IMG/VR virus record: IMGVR_UViG_3300042555_002918
Location: 1 to 64,000 of that record
Source: a virus
DNA length: 64,000 nucleotides
Reading direction: 5' to 3' (one strand)
Of this stretch, positions 10,642-19,335 are shown in pieces (position 1 is the stretch's first letter; each line of letters opens with the position of its first letter). The notes under the pieces were generated by a model, which saw only the letters and a list, made by a program, of their open reading frames with translations, searched no databases and was not told the origin of the DNA. Made by a program: the position numbers and the translations under genes.

Positions 10642-10664
10642 CGCTAGGTGATGAAAACCTAGCG
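10629..10664 (+). promoter_or_regulatory. Putative programmed -1 ribosomal frameshift signal
   Basis: T TTT TTC heptamer 10629-10635, 6-nt spacer, perfect hairpin cgctaggt-gatgaaa-acctagcg 10642-10664. Confidence 0.7.
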
Positions 10665-10811
10665 GGATACTACAGCGTTTGCTTCGACCTAATGCATATT
10701 CACAAATGGAGTCTTTATGACATTGAGAATATGTACCCATACGAGCTAGAGGCCTACAAGATAATGCTACTGAACCACCTAAGCGATTTGAAGAAGAGCT
10801 CACAGCGATAA
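10629..10811 (+). CDS. gp51: gp51-like hub assembly catalyst frame (not in ORF track), probably reached by -1 frameshift from gp26
   Basis: Manual translation FFRLTLGDENLAGYYSVCFDLMHIHKWSLYDIENMYPYELEAYKIMLLNHLSDLKKSSQR* resembles gp51. No ATG before the conserved ENL..YY block. Confidence 0.75.
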   Translation, partial: FFRLTLGDENLAGYYSVCFDLMHIHKWSLYDIENMYPYELEAYKIMLLNHLSDLKKSSQR

Positions 10812-10814
10812 ACT

Positions 10815-13289
10815 ATGGATACCAAAAAAGCATCTGCCGAGAACAGGGCATATTTCGAGTTCATTGATGAGCTTAGAAAGAGTTCACGCCAGGATTCACC
10901 TACCGCTGAAATTTCCAGGATGTATAAGGAGGTTGCCGACATCCTCGCTGAAGCATTTGACGAGTTTAACCCAGAAGACCTCCCTAAATATCAAGATAGA
11001 CTTGAAGGCATCATTAACCTTCAGGAGACTCAGCCCTCTCTGTCAGATCCTCTTTTCAAGGAAGATATTCAAAAAGCCAAAGCCCTTCTTGACCAAAAAG
11101 TAAGGCAGAGGTTTGGTGCCATCCAAAAGATCTCAAGGATTGCCTCGGGTACGCTCCGTACTTTTGGGGATATAAGCTCTCATGTACGAGATTTCATTTC
11201 TATTGGTGACCAATCCGCCGATGCTGGAAGAAGGTTTAGTCAGATAAATTTCGGATTTGGTAAAAGGCGTCTGGACCCGGAAGAAGAACGTCGACAGTAC
11301 GATATCCTTAAGGGAAATGATTCACCTGAAGGGACCAATCAGCCAAACATTCAAACTCCCGTCCCCCTTAACAGCTCAACTATTGGTAATGGCAAACAGA
11401 TCTTGCCAGTCAAAGATGACAAGCTGATCGGGACTAACACCCAACAGAACAAGGTACTGTTACAGCTCTTTCACGTCACAAAGGATTCAAACTCTGACAT
11501 CAAGCAAATTAAGGCCCTGATTAAGGCGGATACGGCAAAAGCTGCAAAGATACGCAACAAAGACGAACTGAATCAAAAAGAAGATAAACAGGAAGCTAAA
11601 GCGTCGGTAAAGCCAACAGATAAGGGAATACTTACTGACTTGGTTTCAATTTTCGGCGGAAGGCAAGCTTCCAGTGATTCTCCAAGCGAACAGGCCGCAC
11701 CAACAACACTGCCGCAGGATACCACGGGGCTACTTGGAAGGGTTGGGGTAATCACATCGGCATTACTCTCCAAAACCGCTGGCGTACTAGGAGGAACGAT
11801 ACTGGGCGGCGTAGGTGGAAGTAACTTTTGGGGACCAAAAGCTAAGCCAATAAGGAGCAAGATCCAGTCAGCCGCAAACAAAACAGGAGAGATGATCAGA
11901 GGAGAGGACTACTATAAAGACCTCCTTCAATCACAGAGTCATGATCTCATGTCTCAGGACAAAGCTGAAGAGGCGGCCCTCGCGTACCTTGAAAAGATTG
12001 CCAAGCAGAAAAGGGACCTGTGGAGAAAGGCTTTTAGTAATGGTTCGCGGTTTGGTGATGGTAGCTACACCATGGGCGGTAAACCTTTGGATATTGACGA
12101 GGCAGTCGCAGACGCCCAAGGCGCTGAGGAAAAGGCAAAAGAGTACAAAGCGTATATCGAGGCAAAGAGAAAGAAAAACCATAATTTGTCATCAACTGCC
12201 AAGTTTAATCTTGATGGAAAGGAGTATAGGAATCCTATCTACTCAGAACAGGAAAGAAGCAAGATTGATGAGTCAAATAGGACCGTTCCGAATGACGGTG
12301 GATTGTTCGATTCTGAAAACTTTTGGTCCAGTGTATACGAAAAAGGTATGGGGCTGTTTTCTTCTCGGTCGTCAGACAATACAAGTGACGGAGAAGAACT
12401 TTCAGCAGACGTTTCAACACTCAATCAAGGTCAAAACTCACAACTAAACTTTTCCCAAGGCGGACCTGGGCTATTATCAGCTAAAGAGACCTCAGGGAGA
12501 GAGAAGGTTGGCGCAACAAGTGTACCCAAAGACGAACTAGATACGGTGATGCGAGGAATTGCAGCAGCCGAGACCGGTCCAGTAACTGATGACAGAGACC
12601 TTAACGACAGAACTCGGGCTATACGGACAACGGGAGGGGCAAATTCCAGTGCTTATGGTAGTTATCAGATTACCTATCGCCTTGCTAAAGCACATTTGGA
12701 AAAAGGATTATTCGATAGCGACCCGGAGCTAAAGAAGTGGACAAAAGAGCGATTTGTGCCACATGGAAAGAAGCTACTTAAATCCTCATATAGCGACCCC
12801 CAATACGGTGCTGGCGGAGAGGGAGACCTCAACGGCGACAAGGACCGTGAAATGTATCAGAAAATGTCCCGAGCAATCATCGGGGAGAACTACGCTCGAA
12901 ACAAGGGAGACATGCTCTCGGTACTGGGGGAGCATAGATTTGGTCAGTCTGAGAGGCATAAGTTGCTTCAGGCAGATCCTCAATATGCACAAAGAGCCAT
13001 GGCTCAATGGAAGAAGGATCAGCAGACTATGATGGCTAGTGCCAACCAGAAGGCCAATGTGAATCCTGTTTCACAAGCTGGTACCCAAGTTGCGCTCAAT
13101 CAGCTTTCGAAGGAACAGGAAGCCGCTCGCTCGGCCCCAATAGTTGTTGCCGTGCCTGCCCCACAGCCAGTTTCGCATCAGACCCAACCGGCAGGTGGAG
13201 TATCCACTAAGTCATTTGGAGCTTCCCCAAATGGGGCCTCAGACTCTAGCTTGATGCTTGGGATACGCCAGTCTGTCTCTCCAATCTAA
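10815..13289 (+). CDS. Tape-measure / hub protein with lysozyme-like domain
   Basis: Long helical low-complexity protein directly after gp26/gp51; IAAAETG...SSAYGSYQIT lysozyme-superfamily-like motif. Confidence 0.6.
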   Translation: MDTKKASAENRAYFEFIDELRKSSRQDSPTAEISRMYKEVADILAEAFDEFNPEDLPKYQDRLEGIINLQETQPSLSDPLFKEDIQKAKALLDQKVRQRFGAIQKISRIASGTLRTFGDISSHVRDFISIGDQSADAGRRFSQINFGFGKRRLDPEEERRQYDILKGNDSPEGTNQPNIQTPVPLNSSTIGNGKQILPVKDDKLIGTNTQQNKVLLQLFHVTKDSNSDIKQIKALIKADTAKAAKIRNKDELNQKEDKQEAKASVKPTDKGILTDLVSIFGGRQASSDSPSEQAAPTTLPQDTTGLLGRVGVITSALLSKTAGVLGGTILGGVGGSNFWGPKAKPIRSKIQSAANKTGEMIRGEDYYKDLLQSQSHDLMSQDKAEEAALAYLEKIAKQKRDLWRKAFSNGSRFGDGSYTMGGKPLDIDEAVADAQGAEEKAKEYKAYIEAKRKKNHNLSSTAKFNLDGKEYRNPIYSEQERSKIDESNRTVPNDGGLFDSENFWSSVYEKGMGLFSSRSSDNTSDGEELSADVSTLNQGQNSQLNFSQGGPGLLSAKETSGREKVGATSVPKDELDTVMRGIAAAETGPVTDDRDLNDRTRAIRTTGGANSSAYGSYQITYRLAKAHLEKGLFDSDPELKKWTKERFVPHGKKLLKSSYSDPQYGAGGEGDLNGDKDREMYQKMSRAIIGENYARNKGDMLSVLGEHRFGQSERHKLLQADPQYAQRAMAQWKKDQQTMMASANQKANVNPVSQAGTQVALNQLSKEQEAARSAPIVVAVPAPQPVSHQTQPAGGVSTKSFGASPNGASDSSLMLGIRQSVSPI

Positions 13290-13290
13290 T

Positions 13291-13322
13291 AAAAAAGCCC
13301 GCCTAGCGGATGCTAAGCGGGC
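13291..13322 (-). terminator. Rho-independent terminator of gp32 transcript
   Basis: gcccgc..gcgggc stem with A6 on the + strand (U tract on -). Confidence 0.75.
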
Positions 13323-13343
13323 ACGAACACTAGATAAACGAAT

Positions 13344-14270
13344 CTATTCGTTAAACATGGCGTCGACTGCGTCGTCACTTGAGAGAGCTTCGGTTCCGCT
13401 AACCAAATCCTCAAAGATCTTATCCGGATCATCGGAAAGGTCATCCTCTCGTGGACTTTCAGCCTTTGCTGCACGAGGTGATGTCTTAGCCGGTGCCTTA
13501 CCGGAGGTAGCGGCCTTCGATTGGACGAGGTCATCCCCTACTACGTCTGCTAAATGACGAGCGAGTTCGTCATAGCTCTTGAACGTATCGGCAGCTATAA
13601 GTGGCTTAAGCTTATGAGCCGTCTTCCAAGCTGCCTCAATCTTATCAAGGTCACCGTTAAACAACGAAGACTGCCCCATGAACTGCGACTCATCGTAGTT
13701 GTTCTGTCCACCCTGCTTAGTAACTACAAGCTTGAAGTTGGCTCCTTCGAGAGGATCGAGGACATTTACAGGCTCCCTAGGATCAATAGGGTCATCCGAG
13801 CCGTTCATAACGGCGGTAATCTTCTTCATGATCTTATTACCGAACTCAAGCAAAAACACCCTTCCGTTGTTCTCTGGCTTATTTCCGTCCTGAATGACGA
13901 GAACATTTGCCACAAATCTGGGGGTCCGTCCGTATTTGAGGTACACGTCCTTGTTCCCTCCACCTAATCGCTTCGCTAGCTCCTCGGCCGGATCGGCTTC
14001 TCCAAGAGTCGTTCGGCAACGCTCAATATACTTCTTGTTACCTTGACCTCGAATGAAGTGGGTATAGAACTTTGCAAAATCCTCCGTCTCTCCATCCGGG
14101 GCAGGAAGAAATCGAACGATAGCCTTTGACTCTTCTCTGCCGTCTTTGTTTTTGGCAAAGGTGGGACTCCAGAACCTGGGGTCACTCACATAGTTTGACT
14201 GCACTTTATTCACAATGCTTTTAATCGCATCCTTCTTCTTCATGCGATCCATCATATCCCTGAATGACAT
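13344..14270 (-). CDS. gp32: Single-stranded DNA-binding protein, gp32-like
   Basis: DPRFW.P, AIVRFLPAP, YIE.C..TLG..DP, ANVLVI.D..PENNG.VFL..FG.KI, GANFKL, NYD.S.F, acidic tail. Confidence 0.93.
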   Translation of the reverse strand: MSFRDMMDRMKKKDAIKSIVNKVQSNYVSDPRFWSPTFAKNKDGREESKAIVRFLPAPDGETEDFAKFYTHFIRGQGNKKYIERCRTTLGEADPAEELAKRLGGGNKDVYLKYGRTPRFVANVLVIQDGNKPENNGRVFLLEFGNKIMKKITAVMNGSDDPIDPREPVNVLDPLEGANFKLVVTKQGGQNNYDESQFMGQSSLFNGDLDKIEAAWKTAHKLKPLIAADTFKSYDELARHLADVVGDDLVQSKAATSGKAPAKTSPRAAKAESPREDDLSDDPDKIFEDLVSGTEALSSDDAVDAMFNE

Positions 14271-14275
14271 GCCGA

Positions 14276-14953
14276 TTACTCCTTGGTTATTCTCTTAAGC
14301 GTTTCTTTTGCTTTTTCAATGTTTAATTTTGGCCTCAGAAATTTCATGTATTTCCCAACCTTGAACTCAAAATCCGCCCATAGCGAATCATCGAGTAGAA
14401 AAGGCTGGTATACCTTCCCGAGATCCAGTGCTATCGAGAGTAACAAGTATGACTCGATGCCAAACATTCCCCCCCAAACAAACCTCAGAACTAGCGGGTG
14501 GCTGTCCGATGGCTTACGAACCAATAACTTCAGGGCGTCTCTTGGACCGACGCCCTTTCGTGTTTGAATTTCACCCAGGGAGTTTTTTAGGTCTTCCTCA
14601 AATTGGTAATCAATTCGGGTAATTCTGCCCTTCCAGTCATTCCAAACATCAATACAGTTATCCGCCAGCAATTCGCCTATCCAAAGGTGTTTATTGTAGA
14701 CGAAATTGGCGAGAAAAATTTGGTTTCGCTCGATCCCCGAGTACCGCTTCTGTATGATTTGAAAGAATTTCTTATCCTTACGGCGTTCATACGCCTCTCG
14801 CGGGATAGTTACCCTTCCCTCGTATCTGTTCCAGTCGTAAGCCTTTTTGTTGAAGTGATTCTTTAAGCTTACGTAGTTACAAAAAGAGTCGTACCCATCC
14901 CCTAGGTCGAGGTCCGAACATTCATCATCCGTAGTTTCTTTGATGTCGCTCAT
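14276..14953 (-). CDS. gp59: Helicase loader, gp59-like
   Basis: Y..LKNHF....YD...Y.G, RRKDK.FF, F.ANF, WIG.L; adjacent to gp32. Confidence 0.85.
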   Translation of the reverse strand: MSDIKETTDDECSDLDLGDGYDSFCNYVSLKNHFNKKAYDWNRYEGRVTIPREAYERRKDKKFFQIIQKRYSGIERNQIFLANFVYNKHLWIGELLADNCIDVWNDWKGRITRIDYQFEEDLKNSLGEIQTRKGVGPRDALKLLVRKPSDSHPLVLRFVWGGMFGIESYLLLSIALDLGKVYQPFLLDDSLWADFEFKVGKYMKFLRPKLNIEKAKETLKRITKE

Positions 14954-14961
14954 ATAAACGA

Positions 14962-15321
14962 CTAATCCCAGGATACAGGCTCGCCTTTAAGATACGCCTT
15001 CCATGCATCGTAATCGCAAGGGTAATAGCCGTCCTGCTCCTCATACGGCACCCCCTTGAGAAAGGGGCAGGTCTGCCCCATGAGCCACTTGGAGAACTCT
15101 CGCTGCTCATCTGGAGAGAGGTTCCTAATACGTGGGAATTTGGTGATTTGATGTTCAGCTAATGCCACCGCGCTTCGGTGGGATTCGCGTTCAAGCGTGC
15201 TGATGTACTGCTCGGCGGCTGCTAAAACTGCGGCAGTCTCTACAGGAGGATTTGTCTGATACTTGAGCTTAAGGTACTGGTTACGCGTCTGTTCAATGGT
15301 AGGTTCGAATTTCTCAGCCAT
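14962..15321 (-). CDS. Hypothetical protein
   Basis: Co-oriented ORF with upstream TGTAATGCTA-N19-TATTGT promoter. Confidence 0.6.
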   Translation of the reverse strand: MAEKFEPTIEQTRNQYLKLKYQTNPPVETAAVLAAAEQYISTLERESHRSAVALAEHQITKFPRIRNLSPDEQREFSKWLMGQTCPFLKGVPYEEQDGYYPCDYDAWKAYLKGEPVSWD

Positions 15322-15403
15322 AATGCCCCAATGAAGGTTTTGTTGGTAAACCTTACAATAGCTGACACTGAGACCTCTCTAGCATTACATTTCCGACCAG
15401 GAC

Positions 15404-15646
15404 CTAGTCGTCAAACTTAACTTTTTGATTGTAGGACCTAAACATGTTGAGGTCCAAAGCCTCTTTATGGAGCAGCGCTTTAAACTCATTTGTGAGCAAG
15501 GAGGAGACGTCCTCAGTTTCAATCCCCTTTGTAACGCAGTACTCCGCAAGCCCGTCCAGTAATGACAGTTCATTTTGCTTTGCAAAGTACAAAACCTTCT
15601 CTGAAAACGAAGCCTTAGTCTCTAGCATGTCTTGTATACCGTTCAT
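15404..15646 (-). CDS. gp33: Late-transcription coactivator, gp33-like
   Basis: FSE.V.....LSLLD...YC....IE.E.V..LL...K..L..EA..LN; synteny with gp59/gp32. Confidence 0.75.
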   Translation of the reverse strand: MNGIQDMLETKASFSEKVLYFAKQNELSLLDGLAEYCVTKGIETEDVSSLLTNEFKALLHKEALDLNMFRSYNQKVKFDD

Positions 15647-16413
15647 AAGCCCAAAAGCTTTTTGGCAGTTAAAAACTCTTTTACCAGCGCACTACGGAGA
15701 ACATCCTGTACGCCAAATTCCACAACATCGAAGCAACTCATATTATGGCAAACTCGGATCATGCTCTCCAATCCACTTTGCTCTGTTTTTCTGTGCTGAC
15801 TCAAATCGTTCTGTTCTCGGTCACCGAGCAACACCAAACGTGAACCTTCACCCATGCGAGTAACGAGGCTGGTAATCTCGTGCCAAGTGCAGTTTTGAAT
15901 TTCATCCGCAATAACAAGAGCGTTTGCCCATGAGACTCCACGAAGGAAGGAGGTACACTTGAATTGTAAGACCTCATCTCTCTTCAATTCCTCATATGCG
16001 CCTTTACGTCCAAGAATATCATCTACGATTTCCGCGTAGGGCTCTTCATACATGGCTATTTTCTCTTGGAGCGTTCCGGGTAGAAATCCAACATCGCGTG
16101 TAGGAACTATGGACCGAACGATTATGATCTTGTCGTACCGACCCTCGAAAAGCTCCTTAAGAGCCAGAAAGAGAGCACAGTAACTCTTACCGGTACCGGC
16201 ACACCCATGCAGCAAGATGTTCTTTTCGTTGAAGAATGAATGAAACAACTGCTCTTGGTTGGAAGTCTTGGGCGAAACGTGTTTCAGCTTTACGAGATGA
16301 TTTTCAAATCTCTTTTGCCTTCGGCGTCGCGCACGTTCCTCTTTGCGCTCCTTTTCATAGGCTGCCTGAAGGTCTTTAAGTGCGGATTCAGAGTCTTTTA
16401 CATCATCCATCAA
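15643..16413 (-). CDS. phoH: PhoH-family ATPase
   Basis: PKT.NQ, G.AGTGKS, GFLPG...EK, FLRG, DE.QN, TRMGE.S, GD..Q.DL, D..RS.LV. Confidence 0.93.
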   Translation of the reverse strand: MMDDVKDSESALKDLQAAYEKERKEERARRRRQKRFENHLVKLKHVSPKTSNQEQLFHSFFNEKNILLHGCAGTGKSYCALFLALKELFEGRYDKIIIVRSIVPTRDVGFLPGTLQEKIAMYEEPYAEIVDDILGRKGAYEELKRDEVLQFKCTSFLRGVSWANALVIADEIQNCTWHEITSLVTRMGEGSRLVLLGDREQNDLSQHRKTEQSGLESMIRVCHNMSCFDVVEFGVQDVLRSALVKEFLTAKKLLGL

Positions 16414-16679
16414 AAATCCGGGATATTGGCTCGCTTATCCTTACTCAACCCCTTCTTGATCTGCTGCATCCTTTCGATGAAGTCACCCTGCGGTTTTGAA
16501 GACGAAGTTCCACTTACTCTATGAGATGAGCATATCGCAGGAGCCGCCATCTGGAGCATTACCGTTTTTTCTGAACACTCTGGGCAGGGTAATGTTTGGG
16601 GTCCGTGGCGGTCGTCTACACTCTTTATAAGCTCAAACTCATGGGCACATGAGTCACAGCGATAGTTGTAAGATGGCAT
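16410..16679 (-). CDS. FmdB-family zinc-ribbon protein
   Basis: MPSYNYRCDSC.HEFE...CPEC. Confidence 0.8.
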   Translation of the reverse strand: MPSYNYRCDSCAHEFELIKSVDDRHGPQTLPCPECSEKTVMLQMAAPAICSSHRVSGTSSSKPQGDFIERMQQIKKGLSKDKRANIPDF

Positions 16680-16825
16680 AAGGATTCCTATCAATTTGGC
16701 TCCCATCTCTATTTATGGCGGCAAAAATGACGGTAATTCGGAGGTTTTGTGAAACTTGATATGAGAAATACACCCTCGGATCTTCGGGCTGGTGTCACAT
16801 TTCCCCACGGCCAGATAAATAGAGT

Positions 16826-17182
16826 ATGGAGATGCTCATGATGACAGGCCCAGATGACTCAACAATTTCATCACCTTCGCTGATAGAAATGGCTGTCATT
16901 GTCAGATCTGAGTTCAATAAGAGCTCAAAACTGGGGATGCTAAACCACCGAGTCATCCTCAAGGCGGAGGACGTAGCTAAGATCTACTACTCGAATAACG
17001 AGAAAGTATCCGCCAATGAGCTTGATGTTCTGTACGAGGTTCTTCGAGAGTTCGGTATTATCGCAGCGCACGTCCCTCCTGACTTTCATGTACACGTTGG
17101 GAATGTCATGAAGTTTTTAGAGGTAGGAGATAAGACTGTTACCAAAAGCCATGTGGCTGGCCTGATTTTTTCAAGGATGTGA
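16826..17182 (+). CDS. Hypothetical late protein
   Basis: ORF preceded by GATAAATA late-type promoter. Confidence 0.55.
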   Translation: MEMLMMTGPDDSTISSPSLIEMAVIVRSEFNKSSKLGMLNHRVILKAEDVAKIYYSNNEKVSANELDVLYEVLREFGIIAAHVPPDFHVHVGNVMKFLEVGDKTVTKSHVAGLIFSRM

Positions 17183-17183
17183 C

Positions 17184-17759
17184 ATGACTTGTGTAGTTGG
17201 ACTCATTACAGACTCAGGATTGATGTTTGGGGCTGATTCTTTGGTAACTACGGAGTCGGGCTCCAAGATAACCCTCCTCGATAAGAAAGTCTTTGTTAAG
17301 AACAACATGATCTTTGGATTTTGCGGAGACCTGCGCTTTGGTCAGCTGATAAAGCATCGATTCAACCCTCCCTCTCCTGGGCGCAATAAAGACATTGAAC
17401 TGTTCATACATACCAAATTCATTCCCGACCTTCAGAAATTCTTCATGGACTTGGGGTTCTCAAAATTAGAGCCAGGCTCCTTTGACTTGATGGTTGGGGT
17501 GCATCGAAGCATCTTTACTGTCTCAGATGACCTAGCTGTAGTTGAGACCCCAGCTAGGTATCAGGCGATAGGCAGCGGGGCCGACTACGCTCTCGGGGTT
17601 ATGTACGCCACGAAGTCAATTTCAAGCCCAACCCAGCGGATAACTCTTGCCCTTGAAGCTTCAAGTCAGTTTTGCCAGACGGTATCAAAGCCGTTCAATT
17701 TTGAGTTTTTGCCGTCATCAACAAAGCGACAGGTCAGCCCCAGAAGGGGTAAGCGGTAA
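17184..17759 (+). CDS. Ntn-hydrolase, HslV/proteasome-beta-like protease
   Basis: MTC start (Thr nucleophile), GADS, K at conserved position, AIGSG.DYALG. Confidence 0.8.
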   Translation: MTCVVGLITDSGLMFGADSLVTTESGSKITLLDKKVFVKNNMIFGFCGDLRFGQLIKHRFNPPSPGRNKDIELFIHTKFIPDLQKFFMDLGFSKLEPGSFDLMVGVHRSIFTVSDDLAVVETPARYQAIGSGADYALGVMYATKSISSPTQRITLALEASSQFCQTVSKPFNFEFLPSSTKRQVSPRRGKR

Positions 17760-18018
17760 TCTGCCCTGCAGTACACCAGCAATCGCAAACTCCTGTCATC
17801 CTGTCCATAAACATCAACCTGTCACATAATGTGTGAAACTCAAAATGATTGAAGTTTGACGTTTTCACATACTATTTTGCGTACCCAGAGTTTAAATAAC
17901 AATACTTCATTAAGACACACCTATTTCGCGTCGACTGCCAATGCTGTGCGGAGCATGAAGGCAATCGTTTAGGTCAGTGAAGGCTACTCCGGGGTCTTTA
18001 CGTTATTTGGGAGAGACT

Positions 18019-18636
18019 ATGAAAATAAGACACACACTTTCTTTGCTTGGGGCCGTGCTTACAATTGCAACCTCAGCTTTTGGTGCACCACAGAAGCTCT
18101 CTGTTACGACTTCAAGCTTTCCAAAGGGAGGAACCATTCCGAGCGCTTTTACGTGCCAGGGCATGGATATCAGCCCTCAACTATCATGGACTAAAGTTCC
18201 ACCAAAAACAAAATCATTTGCTGTGGTCTTATCTGATCCCGATGCTCCAGGCGGGACCTTTTATCATTGGGGAGTCTATAACATTCCATCGACCGTCACC
18301 TCCTTTATCGAGAATGTTGCCGTAGTAGGCGCTCAGCAGGCTACTAACGACTTCCGATACAAGGGATACAACGGGCCATGCCCACCCAGCGGAAAGGCCC
18401 ATAGGTACATCTTTACAGTGTATGCGCTATCTAAAGCTTCTATTAAAGCTACATCTGCAGGGGCGCTTCTGAAGAACCTTACAAAGGGCAGTTTAAAGAA
18501 GTTTGTGCTAGCGTCAGGAACAGTAAATGGCAAGTATAAGCTTCAGGCATCCGAAGAAGAGCAATGCTACGACAACGGAGGTACTTGGTCCTGTAGCACC
18601 TTTGGCGAACAAACATCATGCACCTGTCGCTTGTAA
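18019..18636 (+). CDS. Secreted YbhB/YbcL (PEBP) family protein
   Basis: Signal peptide; SPQLSW, DPDAP..TFYHW..YNIP, GY.GPCPP...HRY.F.VYAL. Confidence 0.9.
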   Translation: MKIRHTLSLLGAVLTIATSAFGAPQKLSVTTSSFPKGGTIPSAFTCQGMDISPQLSWTKVPPKTKSFAVVLSDPDAPGGTFYHWGVYNIPSTVTSFIENVAVVGAQQATNDFRYKGYNGPCPPSGKAHRYIFTVYALSKASIKATSAGALLKNLTKGSLKKFVLASGTVNGKYKLQASEEEQCYDNGGTWSCSTFGEQTSCTCRL

Positions 18637-18650
18637 TCAAACAGTAAACA

Positions 18651-18682
18651 TGAAAAAGGCACCTCAAGGGGTGCCTTTTTCA
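18651..18682. terminator. Bidirectional terminator between convergent genes
   Basis: aaaaaggcacc/ggtgccttttt inverted repeat. Confidence 0.85.
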
Positions 18683-18699
18683 ATTATGCAAGGGGCCGA

Positions 18700-19257
18700 T
18701 TACGTTCGAACCGTAGCTTGAGGGGCTACCGAGTCAACCGCAAAGGTTACCTGGAATCGCTCAATTTGATTCGAAGCCTCCCATCCAAGGGTGATCTCCG
18801 ATACGTTAGTTGGGAAGATTCCCATACATTTCCAGGTCTTAATTAACGACTCATCCTGACCATATTGATGAATCATCGCCTGAGACTTGTATTGCGAAGG
18901 ACGGCTAGTGAACCCGCTATTTCGAACGTTATCGACGGGCTCGTTCAAAGCAGCAAGCCACGCAATGAACGCATCATAGACGGCGAAATCCTCATCATTG
19001 ATCACTTCGATTGTCCAGGGCGAGTATGTTCTGTTTCCGGAGAAGTTCACCGAACGTCCCTGAAAGAATACCGGTATTGCATCTACCGTTGAGGCTGGGA
19101 TCTGGGTAGCCGTAGCCTTAACCGGCACATCTCGTGAGAAGTTTGAGCCTGATGAGTTGATGAGCGATATAGGGAGAGACATCTCAACTTGAAAGAGATG
19201 AGGTCGTGCGCCGCCGTAGCGCATGGTCTCTGTAAATTCGTCGATTTTAAATGTCAT
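18700..19257 (-). CDS. gp19: Tail tube protein
   Basis: GGARP.LF.V, A..IPAS.V..I.V.F.GR...GNRT...WT..VINDEDF, FPT.VS.I.L. Confidence 0.93.
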   Translation of the reverse strand: MTFKIDEFTETMRYGGARPHLFQVEMSLPISLINSSGSNFSRDVPVKATATQIPASTVDAIPVFFQGRSVNFSGNRTYSPWTIEVINDEDFAVYDAFIAWLAALNEPVDNVRNSGFTSRPSQYKSQAMIHQYGQDESLIKTWKCMGIFPTNVSEITLGWEASNQIERFQVTFAVDSVAPQATVRT

Positions 19258-19335
19258 ATCTTGATATCGAGAAAAAGCTATGTCCTAGCGTATATTTATG
19301 TTTTACGAAGGGAGGCTCTCGCCCCCCTTCGCTTA

